A stretch of DNA of 36,938 nucleotides from a virus (lineage: Duplodnaviria > Caudoviricetes). The notes beneath the pieces were generated by a model. The model saw only the letters and a list, made by a program, of their open reading frames with translations. It made no database searches and was not told the DNA's origin. The position numbers were made by a program, and so were the translations under genes. Within the stretch, counting starts at the first letter, position 1; each line of letters starts with the position of its first letter. Location: positions 1 through 36,938 of IMG/VR virus record IMGVR_UViG_3300021476_000012, one strand, 5' to 3'. This document shows, piece by piece, positions 1 to 9,295 of the stretch.

Positions 1-58
1 TGGCGCTGGCGATGGCTCTGGCGATGGCTCTGGCGATGGCTCTGGCGATGGCTCTGGC
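1..58 (+). repeat. 12-bp tandem repeat (GGCTCTGGCGAT)n, right part of the array split by the window ends
   Basis: Three full units at 14-49 plus partial units. Confidence 0.97.
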
Positions 59-67
59 GGTGACTAA
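2..67 (+). CDS. C-terminal part of Gly-rich (GSGD)n protein, continued from 36809
   Basis: Frame 2 reads GAGDGSGDGSGDGSGDGSGGD then TAA at 65-67. Confidence 0.7.
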   Translation, partial: GAGDGSGDGSGDGSGDGSGGD

Positions 68-95
68 TGAGATATATAAAATAAATAGAGAAACT

Positions 96-212
96 ATGAA
101 GACTAAAAATATATGGAATGAAATAATGAGATTAATCTGTGTTCCACTATTAATCTCATTATATATAATTGGATTGCCAATTTATTTAACGTATAAATTA
201 TTTAAAAAATAA
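96..212 (+). CDS. Small single-TM membrane protein (38 aa, MKTKNIWNEIMRLICVPLLISLYIIGLPIYLTYKLFKK)
   Basis: Internal ATG at 96 of the 12..212 ORF with purine-rich upstream; hydrophobic stretch. Confidence 0.55.
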   Translation: MKTKNIWNEIMRLICVPLLISLYIIGLPIYLTYKLFKK

Positions 213-214
213 TA

Positions 215-814
215 TTATCGTCTACGTCTCGCAGCTATTTTGCCGTACAAGCTCAAGGTTGATGTTCCAAATGTTGCTATCCCTACAAGAAAAATTGTGG
301 TTGTAGTACTAATATTAATTCTACAAGGTGATATAGATACACTAGGAACGCCAGACGTTTGAGGTACCCAATTTGCGGATGTAGGAGTAACTAAGTTTTG
401 ACTTGCAACTCCATCACCTGGAAGCGTAGGTATGGTATTTGTAGTCGTATTGATAGCGCCTTGAACTTGAGCAATAGTGGTTGTATTTGCTGCTGAAATA
501 TAAACTTCTCCCCATACATCCCAATCCCCCGCTGTTAAAGAAATTGATGTGATAGTTTTAGCAGTGAAGTTACTCATTGAAACAGCACTACCTGAAGCAA
601 TCACCGATGATATGTATTCACCGACATTACCAGCAGATGCACTGTCCGCAGCTGTTGTGCCAATGATGCCTCCAGTAGTTGGACTAAATGCGATTGTTGT
701 AGCAGTCGCAACACCTAATGTCGGCGTGACTAATGTTGGGGATGTTGCTCCTACAAAGCTTCCACTTCCAGTTGCCCCAGATAAACCCACGTTGACTGCA
801 TTATTCGTTGTCAT
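215..814 (-). CDS. Tail fibre/spike-associated structural protein
   Basis: T/S/G/A-rich; GTTAADSASAGNVGEY...SISLTAGDWDVWG motif typical of phage fibre tips; last gene of virion operon. Confidence 0.65.
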   Translation of the reverse strand: MTTNNAVNVGLSGATGSGSFVGATSPTLVTPTLGVATATTIAFSPTTGGIIGTTAADSASAGNVGEYISSVIASGSAVSMSNFTAKTITSISLTAGDWDVWGEVYISAANTTTIAQVQGAINTTTNTIPTLPGDGVASQNLVTPTSANWVPQTSGVPSVSISPCRINISTTTTIFLVGIATFGTSTLSLYGKIAARRRR

Positions 815-833
815 GTTTAATTCCTTTTAAACA
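814..833 (-). promoter_or_regulatory. RBS hairpin UGUUUAA-AAGGAA-UUAAACA (CsrA/RsmA-like site)
   Basis: Perfect 7-bp stem, ANGGAN hexaloop abutting ATG at 814. Confidence 0.7.
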
Positions 834-1669
834 ATAGTTAAATTCCCTTGAACGGCGCCTAATACTGTCCAAGTTGTATTAGCAGTCGTACAAACTAAAT
901 TGATTGAATCGAACCGGTTTGTCGATGATACTGAACCACCAACACCAACAGTTGATGACGATGATCCGACCTGTATGTTTTGAAGTGCATTTTGGGCAAT
1001 CGTAAATCCGCCTGCCCCCTTTCCGACTACTGCAAGACCTGTTCCATAAGCAGCCGTTGCAGGCAGCGTCAATGTTACCAAACCTGCATTATTCGAGGTA
1101 TAACCATTATCAGCAACCATGGCTTGTGATGTGCCGGTGACGTCTGTCCAACCAATGCCGCTTGCTGTGCCACTGATAGTGACGCCGCCAGCACTATTTG
1201 CTATGGATATGCCAGGCCCTGCGGTAAGGTTTGCAGGGACAGGATCAGCACCTGTTGAGCCAATTAAGAATTGGCCATTGACCAATGGCCCAAGGAAGTT
1301 AAAATTCGACGAACCTTCTGCCACGGGCAATGTATGCGCAGTAGGACTTGCAACACCAGTGCCGCCATTTGCCGGACTGATAATGCCTGCCTTATCAGAT
1401 ACGGCCGTCCACACAGCGGTCGCTGCGTTACCGGCAGTTGTACAAACATACATGATAGAATTAACAGTGTCCCAACATAATTGATAAATGACACCAGCAA
1501 CAAAACTATTGGGGTTTCCTGCATTATTAAGGATGGTATTTTGAAGCATCAAATTGAAAACTTGCTGAAGCGTTTCTTGACTCGATATACCGCCTTGAAT
1601 CGCATAAATAACGTCCGTCAAAGCTGAATTTGCAACCCCAGGTAATTGACTAACTTTTTCATTTGCCAT
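827..1669 (-). CDS. Tail fibre-like protein
   Basis: N-terminal KVSQLP motif, NGGTG fibre motif, C-terminal domain paralogous to 1682..2854. Confidence 0.7.
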   Translation of the reverse strand: MANEKVSQLPGVANSALTDVIYAIQGGISSQETLQQVFNLMLQNTILNNAGNPNSFVAGVIYQLCWDTVNSIMYVCTTAGNAATAVWTAVSDKAGIISPANGGTGVASPTAHTLPVAEGSSNFNFLGPLVNGQFLIGSTGADPVPANLTAGPGISIANSAGGVTISGTASGIGWTDVTGTSQAMVADNGYTSNNAGLVTLTLPATAAYGTGLAVVGKGAGGFTIAQNALQNIQVGSSSSTVGVGGSVSSTNRFDSINLVCTTANTTWTVLGAVQGNLTIV

Positions 1670-1671
1670 GT

Positions 1672-1687
1672 GTTTAATCCTTTAAAC
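1672..1687 (-). promoter_or_regulatory. RBS hairpin GUUUA-AAGGAU-UAAAC
   Basis: 5-bp stem with ANGGAN hexaloop just upstream of ATG 1669. Confidence 0.7.
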
Positions 1688-2854
1688 GATGCTTAAAGCG
1701 CCTTGGACTGCATTAGCCACCCAAGTGTTATTCGTAGCAACACAAATCAAATCAACGCAATCATACTGGTTTGAACTTGCTATCGATCCGCCAGTTCCCG
1801 ATGTAGTTGCTGAACTACCGACATGGATTTGCTGCGATGCGTTTTGGGCTACTTTCCAGCCACCCGATGAGAAACCGCGTATGTTAATGACTGACCCTAA
1901 AGCAGCCGTTGTTGGTAAGGTATAAGTGACGAGTGATGCACCGTTGTCAGTAATGTATTGGGTATTGACTGCCAAATTAACGGATGCCGATGTTTGATCA
2001 ACTGTGGTTTGATAAATAAACCCAGCAGGCAATGATGATCCAATGCTTGGCACGCCGGTACCTGATGTTACGAGAACACCGTTATTTGCTGTTGCCAAAG
2101 CTGACATGACGTTTGCAGCGCTAGCATAAAGCAATGTATTAATCGCATTGGTTACTGGATAAGTACTGGTTGACCAAGCAGGTGAGCCACCCGATGTTGC
2201 TTGTAAAATAGTGCCTGTCGAGCCTGATCCCGCAAGTATCGATGGAACACCACTGTTATTCGTAATTAATACACCACCATTTGCAGTTGTAAGACCACCC
2301 ACAACATTGTTGGCGGATGAGTATAATATTTGATTGATCGTCGTCGTAGCAGGATAAGTTGCTGTTGACCATGCAGGAGTGGTTGAAGAACCTGATAATA
2401 GAACCTGGTTAGCAGTAGCTGTGCCAGCTAAAATTGCCCCGGCCGATCCCGTTGAATAGAAAATACCACCATTAGAAGCGGTCAGATTGGCATTGGTTCC
2501 ACCATTAGCAAGCGACAATGGCAGTGTAGGTATTTGTGAAGTCGTTGCTAAGGTACCAGATGTGGGGAAGGTCACTGTGGTTGCGGCGGTCAATGTTCCC
2601 GCAAAGGTAAATGCACCTGAAAATGTAACATTACCACCGATTGTAAAGGTTGATGTGCCATTATTAACACCAGTACCACCATGCGCACCATTTACAATTG
2701 CTGTGGATAGCACAAACTGTGCACTGAAATTGGTATATGTCATCGCAGCATCATTGCCGGCTGCATACGGTGATTGTCCGAAATACATCAAATCTGTGCC
2801 TAAATTTGACGTAATGGGATTTGAAATAAAAACTTGGTCTATGTTCTTTGACAT
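1682..2854 (-). CDS. Tail fibre-like protein with internal duplication
   Basis: HGGTG/NGGTN motifs, duplicated ILAG...PAWST.TYP...LY..A.NV...L.TAN.GVL.T...GVPS block. Confidence 0.7.
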   Translation of the reverse strand: MSKNIDQVFISNPITSNLGTDLMYFGQSPYAAGNDAAMTYTNFSAQFVLSTAIVNGAHGGTGVNNGTSTFTIGGNVTFSGAFTFAGTLTAATTVTFPTSGTLATTSQIPTLPLSLANGGTNANLTASNGGIFYSTGSAGAILAGTATANQVLLSGSSTTPAWSTATYPATTTINQILYSSANNVVGGLTTANGGVLITNNSGVPSILAGSGSTGTILQATSGGSPAWSTSTYPVTNAINTLLYASAANVMSALATANNGVLVTSGTGVPSIGSSLPAGFIYQTTVDQTSASVNLAVNTQYITDNGASLVTYTLPTTAALGSVINIRGFSSGGWKVAQNASQQIHVGSSATTSGTGGSIASSNQYDCVDLICVATNNTWVANAVQGALSIV

Positions 2855-2874
2855 TTAACAAATCCTTTTGTTAA
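2855..2874 (-). promoter_or_regulatory. RBS hairpin UUAACAA-AAGGAU-UUGUUAA
   Basis: Perfect 7-bp stem, hexaloop, adjacent to ATG 2854. Confidence 0.7.
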
Positions 2875-2881
2875 TGTTTGT

Positions 2882-3070
2882 TTAAGTCCCTAATAAAAGA
2901 AAATTGCTTCCATCTAAAAGAAGTAAAAAATCCATTGGTGAATCTAATAATAAAAACGCATTAGGCAATATAGGCGTCACATCCGCTTTAGTGACTTGAA
3001 CATTATTAAAAACACTGTCCATGCCAAAATTAAAACCATCTAAATAGGGCTGATCATTACGGGATAGCAT
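2882..3070 (-). CDS. Small virion-associated protein with FLLLD repeats
   Basis: In-operon ORF overlapping upstream stop; C-terminal FLLLDS/FLLLLDG/FLLLG repeats. Confidence 0.55.
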   Translation of the reverse strand: MLSRNDQPYLDGFNFGMDSVFNNVQVTKADVTPILPNAFLLLDSPMDFLLLLDGSNFLLLGT

Positions 3071-3425
3071 ATAAAATCACTCCAACATCCGCTGTACCTG
3101 CTCCATTATTTAAAAGATTAATGGTTGTTGCCGATGTGCCATTATTCTGTAATGCAGGTAAATACCGTGAGCCTGGCAATAATTCTGATGTTGTGCTGGC
3201 AAAAGTATTGCCGGCAGGCGCAGCAGCATTTGCATTATAATTGACCCAAATATCTGCACCTGGTTGATAAGAAAATGAAACAATCCATTGTTGTGAATTA
3301 GTTGGCAATGTAATCGTTGAATTACCACCAGCAGCTAAAGTTGCAGAATATTTATCGCCTGATACATTGGGTGCGAATGCATTATATCCTTGTACATCGC
3401 GTCCAAAATTCAATTTTGTTGTCAT
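3057..3425 (-). CDS. Hypothetical virion protein (beta-rich)
   Basis: In-operon, RBS hairpin GUUAU-AAGGAC-AUAAC at 3427-3442. Confidence 0.7.
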   Translation of the reverse strand: MTTKLNFGRDVQGYNAFAPNVSGDKYSATLAAGGNSTITLPTNSQQWIVSFSYQPGADIWVNYNANAAAPAGNTFASTTSELLPGSRYLPALQNNGTSATTINLLNNGAGTADVGVILYAIP

Positions 3426-3435
3426 CGTTATGTCC

Positions 3436-5454
3436 TTATAACTTGATGTAGAAATTCATATAAGTAGATGGTTGCACAACGTTAAATGGTGTACTGCTTC
3501 CTGTTGTTCCTGTGTTAAATACGGTAGATGTCTGATTATCATTTCCAGCATTTTGTTGAATATGATGAATGCCGCCACCAGCATCAGAATTACCAATTGG
3601 TGTTACTGTATGATTATGCGCTGCAAGCTCTGCTAATAATTGCGTATGATTATATTCACCTTCAAATGATCCAGCGGGGAAACAGAATGCATTATTAGTT
3701 GGTGTGCCATTATTAGTCCATGCAATATAAGTCCCTGCCATTGCATTAGCAAACGATGTACTGACAAAAAATGTTGTTGAACTGACAGGAGATGCATAAT
3801 ATAACGTGTTGGCGGTAATTCCAGTTGGCAATGTGCCGCCGCTTCCTGTTGCAAATGTAACAATTCCACCTTTGTACACACCAAGCAAATTAGAGGATGA
3901 AGTCGTTACCAATAATGTTCCAGATGAAGTTGAAAATGTCACACCCGACGTATAACCAGTAATAGCAGATGTGGCAACTAATAATTGAGATTGCGGGACA
4001 CTGCCTATTAAAATTTTCCCCATCATTTTGGTCAGTGATAATTGGTTATTTGCAGTAAAATCCGCATAGGCACTTCCACCAAAATTAGTGGCTGTCGGCG
4101 TTGCAGCGCTTGTGTACATTTGACAAATAGGATTAAAATTTGATCCAGTGTCATAAGCTTTAAACAAGTTCCAAATCAAATTGAACAATTGAAATGTATC
4201 AGCATTTGATCGCGTAACAATAGGTGAAGTATTTGGGTTTGATAAACAAATGGTACCGTCATTCATCGGAACCCAACCATAAGGTTGAAATGAATTTAAA
4301 CTTTGTCGAATGTCACCTGTTCTAAAACCATCAATGATAGGTGTTGTTTCGTTATAACTCGTAAAATCATTCCCAGGATTATTGTTGTTTCCAATATATA
4401 AAGACGGTTTCGAAAGATTGACATTACAGGTGATCCCAGTTCCAGCAGGCAATGCAATCTGAATATACCAAGCATCATCTCCACCATTTCCAACAGCGGC
4501 CACAATAGTCGGAAATGTAAAATTCACCACTAACTTTGTCCAATTGTTCCCTAAAATAAAGGGTTGTAGTGATCCAGCCGCAGACGATACGACACCTGTT
4601 CCTAAATATTGCAATAATTGAATAGTTATTTGGTTATTAGGATTGCTGCCTGCATTCTGTGCCCATATTGTAAAAGTAGCTTGGGTCGATTCAAAATTCT
4701 TGAGATGTACTTGGATTGGAATTTGTATATATCGTAAATTTTCTGATCCTGCTGCCGTACAATTGACATTGACATAATATTCAGGCGTCACATCTTGGTT
4801 AGATGGATTTGCAGTACTTAAAAAAATTCCATTTTTTTGTTTAATAAATGAAACAGTTTCAGTCCCTCCTGTTCCATTTTTAAAATACACATAGTCAGGC
4901 ATGCTGAAACCATCATTCGCACCAGGTGCAATGACTGTACTCAGTAATGTGCTAGCTAATCCATATAACGGATTGCTTGCCATCACACTGCCAGCACCAC
5001 CTGTTATTAAGCTTCCTGCATTACGCCAAAATCCATTATTTACAATGTAATTTTTAACTGAAGCATTCGATTCAGGGGCAGGTGGAATTTCAGGGTTGAA
5101 TGGGAAATTCTGTCTTACAAATTTTTGTTGACCGTTTGAATTAAAAACTTGTATGTAATAAGGTTGCGGCGTGACATTGTCCACTTCTGAAAATGGATAA
5201 AAAAATGGAATCGTATCATTACCATTTGGATCAGCTATAGCACCTGCCGCATTTAATGTTAATGGGTTTGGCAATGTGATGTAGGTATAAGCACCAGGAG
5301 CACCAGATTGATAATACCAATTCTTAAATGTCGTACGTGAATTATCTTGATAAAGCGCAATCGTACCATTGGCCAATGGTTCACCAGTCGCATCATCGAC
5401 AATGACATCTTGCAAAACGGGTGCGGCTACAAGTAGCGCTGTGTTGATGGCCAT
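3436..5454 (-). CDS. Tailspike/tail fibre: P22-like head-binding N-terminus, collar-like region and C-terminus
   Basis: GEPLANGTIALY...NPLTLNAAG N-terminus; TGDIRQS...PYGWVPMNDGTI collar motif; GEYNHTQLLAELAAHNH...PFNVVQPSTYMNFYIKL end. Confidence 0.75.
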   Translation of the reverse strand: MAINTALLVAAPVLQDVIVDDATGEPLANGTIALYQDNSRTTFKNWYYQSGAPGAYTYITLPNPLTLNAAGAIADPNGNDTIPFFYPFSEVDNVTPQPYYIQVFNSNGQQKFVRQNFPFNPEIPPAPESNASVKNYIVNNGFWRNAGSLITGGAGSVMASNPLYGLASTLLSTVIAPGANDGFSMPDYVYFKNGTGGTETVSFIKQKNGIFLSTANPSNQDVTPEYYVNVNCTAAGSENLRYIQIPIQVHLKNFESTQATFTIWAQNAGSNPNNQITIQLLQYLGTGVVSSAAGSLQPFILGNNWTKLVVNFTFPTIVAAVGNGGDDAWYIQIALPAGTGITCNVNLSKPSLYIGNNNNPGNDFTSYNETTPIIDGFRTGDIRQSLNSFQPYGWVPMNDGTICLSNPNTSPIVTRSNADTFQLFNLIWNLFKAYDTGSNFNPICQMYTSAATPTATNFGGSAYADFTANNQLSLTKMMGKILIGSVPQSQLLVATSAITGYTSGVTFSTSSGTLLVTTSSSNLLGVYKGGIVTFATGSGGTLPTGITANTLYYASPVSSTTFFVSTSFANAMAGTYIAWTNNGTPTNNAFCFPAGSFEGEYNHTQLLAELAAHNHTVTPIGNSDAGGGIHHIQQNAGNDNQTSTVFNTGTTGSSTPFNVVQPSTYMNFYIKL

Positions 5455-5471
5455 TCCTTGGCTCCTATAAT

Positions 5472-6980
5472 TTATCGCTTAAATCTTTGAATCGCTTTAG
5501 ATATTAAATCTTTATTAGCTAAAAGATAAGGGGATGCTGCCCCTGCAATTGCACCTAATGGTGCTAATCCAAATGGTGCTGCTAATGCTGCACCACCGGC
5601 AGCCCTAGCACTTGTCTTCACTGCCGTGGATATTCTACTACGTTTTATAGCATTATTGGCAGCTTGAACCATCTCATCAGTAATGATTGGAGAACCTTTA
5701 CGCTTACCCTCTAAAATAGCCTTTGCCATTTTGGATGCTTCTCCTGGCTCATATTTCGAAAGCATATTATAAACAATATTATTCCAACCAGAAGAACCTA
5801 TATCATTAATAACTTTTTTCACATCTTTTGTTGGATTTGGATTTGAAAATAATGATTCAACTTCATTGGCTTGTATACCCTGAGTATTACCATAAGACAT
5901 TTCTCTAATAATATCTTCTGACTTATAAGGAGCAACATTCTCTCTATAAGAAGTAGTGAATTGTTTATATTTACCTTGCGCTTCTTTTGGGAGCGTACTT
6001 ATGAACTTATTAAAATCATTTTCAATATTTTGTAAATTACTTTCATATGATGCCAAGCGCTCACTTTGCACATCTCCTAGTCCGGTATTTCTATCTATCT
6101 TTTTTAATTTACGTATCTCTGATTTTAATTCAGACATTAATTGGTCAGCAACGTCAGGAGATTTTGTTTTTATATAATCTTTATGCAATTCAGATAAAGT
6201 ACCTTTTGAAGAATAAAATTTTGTTGCTTCCGCATCAGACAAATATCTTCCTTTAGCTGGCATTTGCGTTGTCAATAATCTTTCTAACTTATCAATTTGA
6301 TTAGATTCCAATCCCTCATGTGAGAATATTTGTTCGCCTTTTTCGGTTAGCTTGCCTAAATTTCCTGATTTGTAATAATTCGCAATTGCTTTTCTCAACG
6401 CATCAGATTGTTGTGATGAAATATTATTGACATCAGGCTCAAATATTTTAGCAACTTTTTCTAGTTTCAATGGTTTTGGTTTTACTATCTCTTCGCCCTT
6501 AATTGTTTCCATCAATTCCCTTTTCGGAGTTAAAGCTTGTTCTTTTGCAGATTCTTTGCCGAATTTAACTCGTTGGCCTAATTCACCAATGTTCTCAGAA
6601 ACAGTCCCTTGGCCAAATTGTCCACGTAATTGTTCAGAAATAGCTTCAGGATTAATATATTCCATTCCTTTTTTTGCTGCGCTGCCTATTAATTTTCCAG
6701 ACTTAAGAACATTCATTCCTGAAATCGCACCTAGACCTTCTTGAGTTGCTTCTCTTATATTTTCTGGACTGAAATAATCTTTTAAATTTGGACGTGGCAT
6801 TTCGCCAAAAAAAGGTAAATGTGTATTAACTTTTTCTGATTTTTTTTTATTAAAACCTATATTGATATTTTCATTTTCTGATTCATTTGAAAGTTGATCT
6901 GGTCTTTGTTGGGATTTGTATACACCCCAATCAATATTATCTTTAAAACTATCAATAATATTATTTTGTATCGTGTTCAT
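5472..6980 (-). CDS. Putative DNA ejection protein (P22 gp16 position)
   Basis: Helical, charged, GA-rich hydrophobic C-terminus; third of three genes after tail hub. Confidence 0.55.
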   Translation of the reverse strand: MNTIQNNIIDSFKDNIDWGVYKSQQRPDQLSNESENENINIGFNKKKSEKVNTHLPFFGEMPRPNLKDYFSPENIREATQEGLGAISGMNVLKSGKLIGSAAKKGMEYINPEAISEQLRGQFGQGTVSENIGELGQRVKFGKESAKEQALTPKRELMETIKGEEIVKPKPLKLEKVAKIFEPDVNNISSQQSDALRKAIANYYKSGNLGKLTEKGEQIFSHEGLESNQIDKLERLLTTQMPAKGRYLSDAEATKFYSSKGTLSELHKDYIKTKSPDVADQLMSELKSEIRKLKKIDRNTGLGDVQSERLASYESNLQNIENDFNKFISTLPKEAQGKYKQFTTSYRENVAPYKSEDIIREMSYGNTQGIQANEVESLFSNPNPTKDVKKVINDIGSSGWNNIVYNMLSKYEPGEASKMAKAILEGKRKGSPIITDEMVQAANNAIKRSRISTAVKTSARAAGGAALAAPFGLAPLGAIAGAASPYLLANKDLISKAIQRFKR

Positions 6981-8323
6981 GGCAGTGTAGCTCCTTTTCT
7001 AAAGGCATCTTCAACATGGCCTTTTTTTATGGGAACAACTTGGCCATCAGGAAGCCTCATCATAAAACTATTTTGTTCTTTGTTTGATGGTTTATATGTG
7101 CCAGTCCTTTTTATAGATTCTATAGCTTTAGGTGTTGTATATAATGGCCAATTATTTAAGTTTTTAGTTAATACTTCTTCACCATTTTTACTAATTAATG
7201 GGAAATTTTCATTATATGATTCAAATAATGCTTTAGTTTGTTGTGCTGTTAAACCAGTATTTGGATTATTCATGACTGATAAAAATTTATTATATTCTTG
7301 CATTCTATTCATGACTGCATTTGTCCAACCAGTCATAGTCTGTCGCGTTTTATCACTTAATGTTCTATCAAATTTGAGTGTTTGAGCCATTGTATTATCC
7401 ATATTAGACCATCTAACAGAACCCATCGCATCGCGTAATGTCGAAATAGCTTCTGGTAACATTTGATTTGCAGCACGATCTGCTTGTTGTTCAGGGTCTA
7501 AGTTGCCTGGAACAAATGTTGACTTCCAACCACCTGAGGCTAAGTTTCCTAATCGTGGGCCTTTATAAGTCGCTGCATTCATTGCATTATTAAATATATT
7601 TAAAGCTTGTTGAAATTTCGTGGCACTTTGAGATGCTTGTACAGATTGGCTTAATTCTTTATTAAAAGCATCTGATTGTTTTGTTACTTGATCTTGAAAT
7701 GTTTTTTCTTTTCCAGAATAAGTATCTTGACCAAATACCATTTTATTAATGATATCATCATTTGTCATTTGTGGATTTTCAATACCATAAGTACTACTCA
7801 TTGAAGCTGGCGTTGCTTGAGATTGTGTAACAGGTTGCTTTGTAATTGATGCACCTATTGTTCCACCAGTAGGGGACATTTGTGATCCTGGTTGAAATCT
7901 ATTTCTAATAATGGAATTGAATAAAGCTTTTTGTCTTGCATCCTCACCATGCATACCGGCTAAAGCTCTTTTTTCAGCAATATCAGCTTCCGCTTGTTGA
8001 GCAATATAAGGTTGCATTGCATGTAATTTTTGCGTTTCAGCCCCTGCTAATCCTGTTTGAGCACCACGCAATCCAATTTCAGATTTCCAAATTTGAGGGT
8101 TCCATTCATTCGCTTGTTTCGCTTTCGTCAGTTCTTCCTGCGTTAAAGATTCAGCATATTTTGCCTTAATTTGATTAAGTTGGTTCTCTAGCATCTTGGC
8201 TTGCATTTCTTGAGGAAACATCATGCCTTTTTGCATCATGCTTTGACCAATCTGAGCGCCATATAATAAAGGGTTGGCCTGTTCAGGAGTCAATATTGGG
8301 TAACTTGGCATTGTGAATGGCAT
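6977..8323 (-). CDS. Putative DNA ejection protein (P22 gp20 position)
   Basis: Q/A/M-rich helical protein; synteny. Confidence 0.55.
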   Translation of the reverse strand: MPFTMPSYPILTPEQANPLLYGAQIGQSMMQKGMMFPQEMQAKMLENQLNQIKAKYAESLTQEELTKAKQANEWNPQIWKSEIGLRGAQTGLAGAETQKLHAMQPYIAQQAEADIAEKRALAGMHGEDARQKALFNSIIRNRFQPGSQMSPTGGTIGASITKQPVTQSQATPASMSSTYGIENPQMTNDDIINKMVFGQDTYSGKEKTFQDQVTKQSDAFNKELSQSVQASQSATKFQQALNIFNNAMNAATYKGPRLGNLASGGWKSTFVPGNLDPEQQADRAANQMLPEAISTLRDAMGSVRWSNMDNTMAQTLKFDRTLSDKTRQTMTGWTNAVMNRMQEYNKFLSVMNNPNTGLTAQQTKALFESYNENFPLISKNGEEVLTKNLNNWPLYTTPKAIESIKRTGTYKPSNKEQNSFMMRLPDGQVVPIKKGHVEDAFRKGATLP

Positions 8324-8334
8324 AGTTCATGTCC

Positions 8335-8967
8335 TTATAAAAATGCTAGTAATTGGCCTGCACCACCAATTAAGCTTCCAATACCACCACCTATAGATTG
8401 ATTTCGATTAGCGCGGCTTGCATAATCAAGTTGAGACCTCGCAGCTAGTGCTTGTGCAATTTGATCAGCTTGAGATTTGCTGGCATCGAACCCAACGCCA
8501 TACATGTTTTGCTCACCAGAAAGACCTTGTCCATATAGTCCTAAAGCATTCTGCAACCATGAATTGTAATCTTGGTTTGCAAGATTGGTTGCCAAGCCCA
8601 TGGATTGCTGTTCGTGTTGAGGAGAACCGGCCATACCACCGGCTGCTGCTGCATGGCCTGCGCCTTGCATGGCTTGTTGAAGTGCGAACTTAAAACCAGG
8701 AGATTGCTGATAGCCTTGGCCTATTTTATTAAGCATTCCTGACGGATCATTTAATAAATTACCATATTGTCCTTCAAGGATATCACCAGCGCGATTACCA
8801 CGACCAATAAAAGGATCAAAATATTTTCCTGTTTGTCCAGGAATCTGGTCTAAATATTTTCCAGCAGATTTTGAAGGGTCTCCGCCAAAAAATCCTCCAA
8901 ACATTTGTCCAAGGCCTGCGCCTATATTACCAAGCCCTGCTGCCCTTCCATACATTCTTGAATCCAT
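8335..8967 (-). CDS. DNA transfer/ejection protein, P22 gp7-like
   Basis: Gly/Ala/Gln-rich; QQSPGFKFALQQAMQG...AAAAGGMAGS motif. Confidence 0.75.
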   Translation of the reverse strand: MDSRMYGRAAGLGNIGAGLGQMFGGFFGGDPSKSAGKYLDQIPGQTGKYFDPFIGRGNRAGDILEGQYGNLLNDPSGMLNKIGQGYQQSPGFKFALQQAMQGAGHAAAAGGMAGSPQHEQQSMGLATNLANQDYNSWLQNALGLYGQGLSGEQNMYGVGFDASKSQADQIAQALAARSQLDYASRANRNQSIGGGIGSLIGGAGQLLAFL

Positions 8968-8980
8968 AACATAAATCCTT

Positions 8981-9295
8981 TTATGTCAGTGTAAACGTTT
9001 TCCATGTACCTGCTATATTACCTTTAAATGCATTATTTGTTGAGTCATAAATAATATAACCTGTCGGATTATATGGCGGAATGGAGTTTTCATTGGCCAC
9101 CAACAATGCAATATTGGCAGCAGTTTGCTGAGGTATAGCAAAGCCTTCTGGCCTTAATATTGTCTGCAATCTTATTGTTAGTTGATCAAAATATTGTAAC
9201 CATAATTCATGTACCATTCCATTTTCACCAATGAACGGCGTCTGGCGTGGCACATCAGGAAATAATGCTATGGGTTTTGAAGTTTGAGTAGTCAT
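8981..9295 (-). CDS. Small tail/virion protein (likely start MTTQTSK)
   Basis: ATG at 9295 overlaps stop of hub gene (ATGA coupling). Confidence 0.6.
   Translation of the reverse strand: MTTQTSKPIALFPDVPRQTPFIGENGMVHELWLQYFDQLTIRLQTILRPEGFAIPQQTAANIALLVANENSIPPYNPTGYIIYDSTNNAFKGNIAGTWKTFTLT

Noticed and set aside
12-95. (MALA)n N-terminus of ORF 12..212 as a real protein or signal peptide
   Set aside because: It is an alternative frame of the GSGD repeat. The Gly frame has a coupled start (36809) and a stop right after the array. Kept only as a possibility in findings.
827-2854. Diversity-generating retroelement acting on paralogous fibre tips
   Set aside because: No reverse transcriptase, and the copies differ at all base types rather than only adenines.
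549-2858. + strand ORFs 549..830, 1119..1484, 1689..1925 and 2487..2858 (also 16949..17224, 20078..20500 and similar)
   Set aside because: Antisense shadows of G/T/A-rich or Q-rich genes, with no RBS and implausible composition.
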